Shown here: positions 57,077-64,000 of the stretch, piece by piece | Layout of the letters: each line of letters begins with the position of its first letter | Numbering within the stretch: the stretch's first letter is position 1 | Source of the DNA: Vulcanimicrobiota bacterium | Lineage (GTDB): Bacteria; Vulcanimicrobiota; Vulcanimicrobiia; Vulcanimicrobiales; Vulcanimicrobiaceae | Assembly: GCA_027459845.1 (NCBI GenBank) | Contig: DAIDGS010000003.1 | Location: 9,639-73,638 of the forward strand | Reading direction: 5' to 3' | Length of the DNA stretch: 64,000 bases | Program-made: the position numbers and the translations under genes | The notes under the pieces: generated by a model | Told to the model about the DNA's origin: nothing | Databases searched by the model: none | The model's input: the letters and a program-made list of their open reading frames with translations, nothing else

Positions 57077-58836
57077 CGGCCGAGTGGTCGTGGGAGTTCG
57101 CGGTCGCACGCGAACGGTTGTGGCCGTATCTGGCCGACACCGATTGGGTCAACCGGCATGCTGGGTTGCCGCGCATCGAGGCGCGCTACGAAGCGTTGCC
57201 CGAGGGCGGCGCGCGGCGCATCGCGTGGTTTCGCAAAGGGCCGGTGCTGGTCGAGTGGGAGGAACGGCCGACGCAGTGGCGCGTACCCGAGTTCTTCGCC
57301 GTCGAGCGGCTCTACGTCAGCGGACCGCTGCGGCGCTTTGCCAATACGACCACGCTGGTGGCTTTGGACAGCGGGCGCACGCACGTCGACGTGCGCGTCG
57401 AGTTGGAGGCCACCTCGCCGGTCTTCGCGCGCCTGCTCCCGCTGCTTGCCCTGCAGGGCCGGCGCGGCGCACAGCGCGCCTTTACCCTCGCCGCGCGCCT
57501 GGCCGGCGCCGATACGGTGCCGGGTGGCGGCGAAACGACCGCCCAAGCGCGCTTCGCCGGTCTACGCGGAATCGATCGGCGCGTCACAGCGGCGCTTGCC
57601 AGCCACGTGAGTTCGGCCGACGCGCGCGACCTCGCGCGCATGCAACCCTACGCGCTCGCCGATCGCTGGAACCTCGCGCGCCGCGAGGTTCTGCGCGGCT
57701 GCCTCGCGGCGACGCGCGCCGGCCTTTTTAACCTGCAGTGGAGCGTGCTCTGCCCGAGTTGCCGAGGCGGCAGCCCGCCCTTAGATTCCCTCGCCGGGCT
57801 ACGCGCCGACCAACACTGCGCGGCCTGCAATCTGCCTTTCGATGCGGTCTTCGACCGCTCGGTCGAGGTCACGTTCAGCGCGGCGCCGGTGCGGCGCGAC
57901 GCCGGGCGCCCGCCAGTGTACTGTATCGCCAATCCCCATGGGAGCGCCCACGTGCTCGCTCAGGTCACCGTCGAGCCCGGCGGTTCGGCCCATTTCGAGC
58001 TCGATCTCGCGCGCGGCCACTACCGCATAAACTGCATCGGTAACCCGAGCGTGCCCTTTGCCGCACTCGACGACGAGCCCAACGCACGTTTGACGGTAGA
58101 CTTCGGCGACGACGCGATACCGCCCGTGGGCGCCGTCCGCGCCGGGGTCGTGGAGGTCGCGATCGGCAACCGGCACGCCCTCGCGCACACCGTGCGAATC
58201 GAATCCGCAGCCTGGCCCGACACGCTGCTCACCGCGGCGCAAGTTACCGCGCTCCAAGAGTTTCGGGATTTGTTTTCCTCCGAAGTCCTGGCCGCGGGGG
58301 TTGAGGTTGGCGTCGAGAGCGTTGCGGTGCTCTTCAGCGACCTGATCGGTTCGACCGCGATGTACGCAACGACCGGTGACGCCGCCGCATTTCGCATCGT
58401 GAGCGACCACTTTCGCACGATCCGTGCGATCGTCGAGCAGCACGACGGCGCGATCGTAAAGACCATCGGCGACGCCGTCATGGCGACCTTCCCCGATGCG
58501 CTGAGCGCGCTCGAGGCCGCGCTCAAGCTCGACGGCGCGGTGGCGGATCTCGACTGCGTCGCGGCGCCGCTGCGGCTGCGCGTCGGCCTGCACGCCGGTC
58601 CGTGCATTGCGATGAACGCCAACGACCGGATCGACTACTTTGGAACCAGCGTCAATCTGGCTGCACGGATGCAGGCGCTTGCCGGCGCGGGGGAGGTGGT
58701 GCTGACGCAGGAAATCGCGCAGCGCCCCGCCATGAACGCGCGTTTGCGCGCGGCCGGGCTGGAAGTCATCAACGAGTCGCAGCGCGTACGCGGGTTTGCG
58801 CAGGCCATTCCCGTGGCGCGCGTTCGCGCGCGGTAG
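57070..58836 (+). CDS. multidomain class III adenylate/guanylate cyclase (SRPBCC-like N-domain, Cys4 ribbon-containing middle region, C-terminal cyclase homology domain)
   Basis: C-terminus has VAVLFSDLIGSTAM...IVKTIGDAVMATF...RVGLHAGP...DYFGTSVNLAARM. The middle region has CPSCRGG...CAAC. The N-terminal 140 aa has an SRPBCC/polyketide-cyclase-like pattern. Confidence 0.85.
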   Translation: MLTAEWSWEFAVARERLWPYLADTDWVNRHAGLPRIEARYEALPEGGARRIAWFRKGPVLVEWEERPTQWRVPEFFAVERLYVSGPLRRFANTTTLVALDSGRTHVDVRVELEATSPVFARLLPLLALQGRRGAQRAFTLAARLAGADTVPGGGETTAQARFAGLRGIDRRVTAALASHVSSADARDLARMQPYALADRWNLARREVLRGCLAATRAGLFNLQWSVLCPSCRGGSPPLDSLAGLRADQHCAACNLPFDAVFDRSVEVTFSAAPVRRDAGRPPVYCIANPHGSAHVLAQVTVEPGGSAHFELDLARGHYRINCIGNPSVPFAALDDEPNARLTVDFGDDAIPPVGAVRAGVVEVAIGNRHALAHTVRIESAAWPDTLLTAAQVTALQEFRDLFSSEVLAAGVEVGVESVAVLFSDLIGSTAMYATTGDAAAFRIVSDHFRTIRAIVEQHDGAIVKTIGDAVMATFPDALSALEAALKLDGAVADLDCVAAPLRLRVGLHAGPCIAMNANDRIDYFGTSVNLAARMQALAGAGEVVLTQEIAQRPAMNARLRAAGLEVINESQRVRGFAQAIPVARVRAR

Positions 58837-58919
58837 GGAGCCGATGCCGTGCGCGGCGAAGCGCCCCGAGCGCGGTTTCGCGCGTTACCGGCGACTTCGA
58901 GAAGGGTAGAGAATACGCC

Positions 58920-59507
58920 ATGAATACGTACGTCCCTAAAAAATGGGATCTCAGTGGGCTTCACGGGATATCCGACAATACGCTCCAGATGCACTTCGGT
59001 CTCTACGAAGGTTACGTGAAGAACACCAACCTTCTGAACGAACGCTTGGCCGAACTTCGCGCTGCGGGCAAGAACGTCGGTGCCGATCCCGCCTTTGCCG
59101 AGTTGGTGCGCCGGCTCGGCTTCGAGTACAACGGCATGCGCCTACACGAATACTACTTCGACAACATGACCAAGGCGCCGAGCGATATCGGCAGCGGAAA
59201 GCTTGCCGATGCCCTGGGTGCCGCCTACGGCGGCTTCGAGGCGTGGAAGAAGGACTTCGTCGCGGTCGGGGGGATGCGCGGCGTCGGTTGGGCGATTGCC
59301 TATCGGGACCTCACCAACGGGCAAATCACCAATCACTGGATCGGCGATCACGAAAACGGAAACCTGGCCGGTTTCGCACCAATCGTCGTGATGGACGTCT
59401 GGGAGCATGCCTTTCTGCTCGACTATAAGCCGTCCGAACGCGGGAAGTATATCGAATCGTTCTTCGCAAACATCGACTGGAAGGCGTGCGAAGCGCGGCT
59501 TACTTAG
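58920..59507 (+). CDS. Fe/Mn superoxide dismutase family protein (divergent N-terminal helix)
   Basis: ATG at 58920. NTLQMHFGLYEGYV sits in place of the canonical TMxIHHxKHHxxYV. The ligand-context motifs NGMRLHEYYF and VMDVWEHAFLLDY are present. 195 aa. Confidence 0.75.
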   Translation: MNTYVPKKWDLSGLHGISDNTLQMHFGLYEGYVKNTNLLNERLAELRAAGKNVGADPAFAELVRRLGFEYNGMRLHEYYFDNMTKAPSDIGSGKLADALGAAYGGFEAWKKDFVAVGGMRGVGWAIAYRDLTNGQITNHWIGDHENGNLAGFAPIVVMDVWEHAFLLDYKPSERGKYIESFFANIDWKACEARLT

Positions 59508-60994
59508 GAAGGAAGCTCGTCCTCGATCGCGCTCGGTGCGACGACGATGCTGCGAGCGTGCGTATACCAAACGAGTCCGGGCGGCGCGTCGAGCTGCTTG
59601 CGCACGTGTTTGCGTTGTGTGAAATCGACGGTAACCTTGCCGGCGTCGCGGGCACGTGAGTAGAACGCGGCGAGCGCCGCGGCCCGCGCGATCGCATCGG
59701 GGTCGGGCGGCTTGGCGTCGTCGCGTGCCAGGATCACGTGTGCGCCCGGCGCACCGCGCACGTGAAACCAGAGATCGTGCGGTCGCGCGTGACGAAACGT
59801 CAGTTCGGCGTTCTCCAGCGGCGAGCGTCCGATACTGATCCGCGAACCGTCGGATGCGCGCGTGACGAGCGGCCGTCGGCGCGGGCCGCGGCGCGCAGCC
59901 GAGGTCGGCCGCGCGGCATAACGCGAGGCTGCCTGTGCGACGTCGTCCAGGTCGGCGGCCTCCGCGCGCGCGGCCTCCCAGAGCAGCATCTCGACGCCGG
60001 CCAACTCGCGCGCCAGGGCGGCGTCGCGGCGGCGCAGGGGCTCGGCGCCGCTACTCAGCTTACGATACGCGCGAAAGACGCGCTGGGCTTCGGCCTTGAG
60101 GGCGTCGCGCGCGCCGGCCTCGGCGGTATAGAGGTGCGCGTAGATCGTCTCGCCGCGCTCGCGCAGCCGGTCGCGCTCGGCAACGCGGGCGAGCGCGGCG
60201 CCGACCTCGGCACGCTCCGCGATGATTTTCGCACGACGGCTCTCGAGCGTGCGCTCGAGCCGGGCGCGCCGGGTTGCGGCGCGATCCGCCCCGGCGCGCT
60301 CGGACTGCTCGTGCCAGGCGAGGCGCATCGCTTCCAGGGCACCGTCCAGGATGCGCCCCGGCGGCGGCACCTGATCCGCAGCCATCAGCGTGACCCGGCC
60401 GGGGCGACCGTCGCGCGTCGCCAGAAAGACCGGGGCATCGCCGGCGGCACGCGCAGCCAGGACCGCGCGCTCCTGCGCGTCGTCCGGCTCGCTGCGCGGC
60501 CGCGCCGGTGGCGCGCAGTAGACGTCGCCGACGCGAACCGAGCGAACGGCGTTGTTGGCCGGCGAAAATTCGCGTGCGGCGGCAACGATACGCTCCGACT
60601 TGGTGAGGATCGCGTTGCCGAAGCGTGGGATGAGTTCGAGGATCAAGCGTAGCCGTTCGGCAACCCCGAAGCGCGAGCGGCGCGCGAGATCGAGGAACAG
60701 GAGCCGCTCGCCCGTCACGCCGGCGACTGCCTCGATGCGCAGGCCGCGCAGCGCCGCATCGAGCGCGCGCGCAAACCCCGGCTCGGGCACGAGGTCGGCC
60801 TCCGCAGTCTCGAGCACGATCGTCGGCGGGCTGGCGAACACGTCGACCGCCGCAACGCGCATTCCGGCGCTCGTCCGGACGCGCAGCGCCAGCCGGCCGT
60901 CGGCCAAGCGCCCCGCCTCGACGATCCGGCCGCCGCCGATCTCCCGCTGCAACTCGCCGGCCAGGCGGGCGATGACCGGCCACTCGATCGTCAC
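59504..60994 (-). CDS. rqcH: NFACT-family ribosome quality control protein (RqcH / FbpA-like)
   Basis: N-terminal NFACT-N pattern (LAGELQREIGGGRIVEA...LALRV), a central coiled coil, and a C-terminal NFACT-R/DUF814 domain (DLWFHVRGAPGAHVIL). 496 aa. Confidence 0.8.
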   Translation of the reverse strand: MTIEWPVIARLAGELQREIGGGRIVEAGRLADGRLALRVRTSAGMRVAAVDVFASPPTIVLETAEADLVPEPGFARALDAALRGLRIEAVAGVTGERLLFLDLARRSRFGVAERLRLILELIPRFGNAILTKSERIVAAAREFSPANNAVRSVRVGDVYCAPPARPRSEPDDAQERAVLAARAAGDAPVFLATRDGRPGRVTLMAADQVPPPGRILDGALEAMRLAWHEQSERAGADRAATRRARLERTLESRRAKIIAERAEVGAALARVAERDRLRERGETIYAHLYTAEAGARDALKAEAQRVFRAYRKLSSGAEPLRRRDAALARELAGVEMLLWEAARAEAADLDDVAQAASRYAARPTSAARRGPRRRPLVTRASDGSRISIGRSPLENAELTFRHARPHDLWFHVRGAPGAHVILARDDAKPPDPDAIARAAALAAFYSRARDAGKVTVDFTQRKHVRKQLDAPPGLVWYTHARSIVVAPSAIEDELPS

Positions 60995-61047
60995 GGCCTC
61001 ACTGCTTCACGCGGAATTGCGCGCGGCCTGCCCGAAACGAGCCCTCC

Positions 61048-61497
61048 GTGAGACCGCGCTTCACCGCTCTTTCGATTGCCGCCCTGCTCGTCGTCGCCGG
61101 CTGCGGTGGCGGCACCGCCCACCCAAGCGGCTGGCACCCGGCACCGGGGCCGTCGCCCGATCTCTGGAGCCACGGGTCCGGCGCGTTGCGCCAGACCTAT
61201 CGCTACCAGAGCTTCGCGTTCAACGGGACGCTGCAGGACCTCGCCTCGCAGCAGGTGACCACGGTCGTGCTGCACTATCCCGGCACCCACTTCGACGGGA
61301 GCAGGATTTACCGTCCCTGCCCCGGATTGGCGGCGGTCGCGACGTTCCGCGACGGCGCCAAGCGGATGCTCGTGCAGGGCTTCGCGGTGCAGGGCGACCG
61401 TGCCGTCGTCGTGACCTACGTACGCCCGCTCAACACCCCCATCGCCGCGCCGGTCGCCGACGCATTCCGTCAGGCGCTCTGCGTCGCTCCCGGCTAG
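61048..61497 (+). CDS. hypothetical lipoprotein
   Basis: MRPRFTALSIAALLVVAGCGG lipobox. 149 aa. No recognisable family. Confidence 0.6.
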   Translation: MRPRFTALSIAALLVVAGCGGGTAHPSGWHPAPGPSPDLWSHGSGALRQTYRYQSFAFNGTLQDLASQQVTTVVLHYPGTHFDGSRIYRPCPGLAAVATFRDGAKRMLVQGFAVQGDRAVVVTYVRPLNTPIAAPVADAFRQALCVAPG

Positions 61498-61506
61498 GCG
61501 CGAGCG

Positions 61507-62130
61507 ATGACGCCGCTCGGTCCTGGCCTCCTGGTCGTCGTCTCGGGACCCTCGGGGGCAGGCAAGGACACGCTAATCGCCGCGGTGCGGGCCGAGCATC
61601 CCCACCTGCGCTACTCGGTCTCGACCACGACGCGCGAACCGCGACCGGGCGAGCGCGACGGGGAGCACTACCGCTTCGTGGATCGCACGGCGTTCGAGCA
61701 CGCCCGTGCCGGCGGCGCCTTTCTCGAGACCCGCGAATACAACGGCAACTGGTACGGGACGCCGCGCGACGCCTTGGAGCTGGCCCTGGGGGCCGGCGAC
61801 GACATCGTCATGAAACCAGAGGTAAACGGCGCGCTGGCCGTCAAGAGAGCGTATCCGGACGCCGTTCTCATCTTCCTCGTGCCCGAACGCCTCTCCGACC
61901 TCCGCGAGCGACTACTCGCGCGGCGGACCGAAACGAACGAGGAAGTGGCCGAGCGTCTGGAGATCGCCCACCGCGAGATGCGCTTCATCCGCGAGTTCGA
62001 TTACCTCGTCGTCAATCCGCAGGGCCGCTCGGCCGAGGCCGCGCGCGACCTTGCGGCGATCCTGCGCGCCGAGCGGCTACGCATCCACCGGATCGGGGAC
62101 GGGGTTATCGAGCGGGTAACGCACGCCTGA
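61507..62130 (+). CDS. gmk: guanylate kinase
   Basis: LLVVVSGPSGAGKDTL...TTREPRPGERDGEHYRFV...YGT. Confidence 0.9.
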   Translation: MTPLGPGLLVVVSGPSGAGKDTLIAAVRAEHPHLRYSVSTTTREPRPGERDGEHYRFVDRTAFEHARAGGAFLETREYNGNWYGTPRDALELALGAGDDIVMKPEVNGALAVKRAYPDAVLIFLVPERLSDLRERLLARRTETNEEVAERLEIAHREMRFIREFDYLVVNPQGRSAEAARDLAAILRAERLRIHRIGDGVIERVTHA

Positions 62131-62151
62131 GTTCACGCCATTAGGAGTATC

Positions 62152-62424
62152 ATGAGCACGTCCGTCTTCGGAGACCTCGACACCCTTCTCAAGCACGCCG
62201 ACTCGAAGTTCAGCCTGGTCAACATCGCCACCAAGCGTGCGCGCCAACTGAACAACTGGATCCGGGTCGCCGCGCTTCCGGCGGCCGAGCGGCGCGAGTA
62301 TTACGCCAGCGAGCCGCTGGTCGACAAAGACACGATCAATCCCAACAAGCCGGTCTCGATCGCCTTGGATGAAATTGCCGCCGGCAAAATCGAGTATCAC
62401 CGAACGCGCGAAGGCATCAAGTAG
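62152..62424 (+). CDS. rpoZ: DNA-directed RNA polymerase subunit omega
   Basis: ADSKFSLVNIATKRARQL. Sits in the gmk-rpoZ context. AGGAG lies before the ATG. Confidence 0.9.
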   Translation: MSTSVFGDLDTLLKHADSKFSLVNIATKRARQLNNWIRVAALPAAERREYYASEPLVDKDTINPNKPVSIALDEIAAGKIEYHRTREGIK

Positions 62425-62433
62425 CTCGAAAGC

Positions 62434-64000
62434 ATGTGCGGGATCGTCGGTTACATCGGCGGGCGCGACAGCGTGCCGATCATTTTGGACTCCTTGGCTC
62501 GGCTCGAGTATCGCGGCTACGACAGCGCCGGCGTCGCGGTCATCGACGCCGACGGCCGGCTGGTGGGGTCGAAGGCCGAAGGCAAGCTCTCGCGGCTGGC
62601 CGAGCGGCTGCGCAATGGCGAGCGGATCGCCGGTACCGTCGGCATGGGGCATACCCGCTGGGCGACGCACGGCCGCCCGACCGACGCCAACGCCCACCCG
62701 CACCTCGACTGCAGCGGGCGCATCGCGGTGATCCATAACGGGATCATCGAGAACTATGCGTCGCTGCGCGACCGGCTGATCGCCCAAGGGCACCAGTTTC
62801 GCAGCGAGACCGACTCCGAGGTGCTCGCGCACCTGATCGAAACGCATCGGCGCGCAAGCGGCAACCTCGAGAGTGCCCTGCGCGCAACCTTGGCCGAGGT
62901 GCGCGGCGCCTACGCGCTCGGCGTCCTCTCCAGCGACGAGCCGGATCACCTGCTCTTTGCGCGCAACGGTGCCTCGCCGCTGGTCATTGGGATCGGCAAC
63001 GACGAGATGTTCGTGGCTTCCGACACGCCGGCGCTCCTGCCGTACACGCGCCGCGAGATCATCCTGCAGGAGGGCGAGATCGCCGTCATCGACCGTCGCG
63101 GCGCGCGCCTCTCCGACTATGCCGGAAATCCGATCGCGCGTGAGGTCGTGACCGTGACCTGGGATGCGGCGGCGGCCGAGAAGACCGGCTACAAGCACTT
63201 CATGCTCAAGGAAACCTTCGAGCAGCCCAGCGTGGTGAACGAGACGCTCGCCGGTCGGCTGCAGCCCGATGGGAGCGTCGATCTCGCCGGCGACCTCGGG
63301 ACCATCGACGACGCGCGCTTGCGCGCCATTTCGAAGATCGCGATCACCGGGTGCGGCACCGCGTATCACGCCGGCTTGGTCGGCATGTATCTGCTGCGCT
63401 CGCTGGTCCGCGTGCCGGTCGAGATGGAGCTTGCCAGCGAGTTTCGCTACGGCGACCCGGTCATCGATCCGACCACGCTGGTGGTGGCCATGTCGCAATC
63501 CGGCGAAACTGCCGATACGATCGAGGCCGTTCGGGTCGCCCGAGCGAGCGGCAGCGCGGTGCTCGGAATCTCGAACGTGCTCGGCTCGCATCTCAGCCGC
63601 CTCGCCGACGGAACGTTGTACACCCGGGGCGGGCCCGAGATCGGCGTCGCGGCCACGAAAACCTACGTTTCGCAAGTCACCGCCATCGCGCTCTTCGCGC
63701 TGCACCTGGCGCGACTGCGTGGCAGCGCGGACGCCGACCGCCTGCGGGAAATCGGGCGCGGCTTTCAACTCCTCTCCGCCGCGATCGACGTGGTATTGGA
63801 TACGTCGGCTGCAATTCGCAAGGTAGCGCGCTCGATGCGCGCGGCCCGCAGCGTCCTGTTCCTGGGACGCTACATCAACTTTCCGACCGCGCTCGAAGGC
63901 GCGTTGAAACTCAAGGAGATCTCCTACATTCACGCCGAGGGCTATGCCGCGGGTGAAATGAAGCACGGCCCGATCGCCCTGCTCGACCCCAACGTTCCGG
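62434..64000 (+). CDS. glmS: glutamine--fructose-6-phosphate aminotransferase (isomerizing), 3' end cut by window edge
   Basis: Own translation; it is absent from the ORF track because no stop lies within the window. It reads MCGIVGYIGGRDSVPIILDSLARLEYRGYDSAGVAV...GHTRWATHGRP...HNGIIENY...SQSGETADT...GEMKHGPIALLD. Confidence 0.9.
   Translation, partial: MCGIVGYIGGRDSVPIILDSLARLEYRGYDSAGVAVIDADGRLVGSKAEGKLSRLAERLRNGERIAGTVGMGHTRWATHGRPTDANAHPHLDCSGRIAVIHNGIIENYASLRDRLIAQGHQFRSETDSEVLAHLIETHRRASGNLESALRATLAEVRGAYALGVLSSDEPDHLLFARNGASPLVIGIGNDEMFVASDTPALLPYTRREIILQEGEIAVIDRRGARLSDYAGNPIAREVVTVTWDAAAAEKTGYKHFMLKETFEQPSVVNETLAGRLQPDGSVDLAGDLGTIDDARLRAISKIAITGCGTAYHAGLVGMYLLRSLVRVPVEMELASEFRYGDPVIDPTTLVVAMSQSGETADTIEAVRVARASGSAVLGISNVLGSHLSRLADGTLYTRGGPEIGVAATKTYVSQVTAIALFALHLARLRGSADADRLREIGRGFQLLSAAIDVVLDTSAAIRKVARSMRAARSVLFLGRYINFPTALEGALKLKEISYIHAEGYAAGEMKHGPIALLDPNVP

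Noticed and set aside
62077-63966. 629-aa minus-strand ORF covering most of the glmS region
   Set aside because: This is an antisense shadow ORF typical of very GC-rich DNA, with an Arg/Gly/Asp/Ala-rich translation and no recognisable motifs. The plus strand encodes an unmistakable GlmS (MCGIVGY..., SQSGETADT, GEMKHGPIALLD).

Overview
Very GC-rich (about 70% by eye), gene-dense bacterial chromosomal segment. I call about 61 CDS, 7 tRNAs in a split array and one SRP RNA. I see no CRISPR array, transposase, integrase or phage genes. All calls come from reading the supplied translations, plus my own translation of the two edge-truncated genes; no homology search was run. The content is mostly core metabolism and housekeeping. 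It includes serA, a cobC-cobT-cobS nucleotide-loop module, icd, a homogentisate (tyrosine degradation) cluster, lepA and tig-clpP-clpX. valS is bracketed by two paralogous phosphoesterase lipoproteins. A pyrR-pyrB-pyrC-carA...carB operon is interrupted by a Bat/MoxR-type module. Further on come a PBP with a PASTA Ser/Thr kinase, ruvCAB, SpoIID-PilZ, queA, a multidomain class III cyclase, an Fe/Mn-SOD-like gene, rqcH, gmk, rpoZ and glmS. The SpoIID, PASTA kinase, DUF4446, YggT and RqcH genes suggest a Terrabacteria-like lineage. Many start codons are GTG, TTG or possibly CTG, and many genes overlap by 1-8 nt. The best candidates for new biology are these. (1) An uncharacterised 307-aa protein is translationally coupled to fumarylacetoacetase in a homogentisate cluster that has no recognisable maleylacetoacetate isomerase. 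(2) Six genes (BatD-like, MoxR, DUF58, VWA, PdxH, unknown) are inserted between carA and carB. (3) A Cys/His-containing unknown protein is wedged between carB and the PBP/PASTA-kinase pair. (4) A 358-nt structured intergenic region lies upstream of an M23 peptidase. None of these can be proven from sequence alone.
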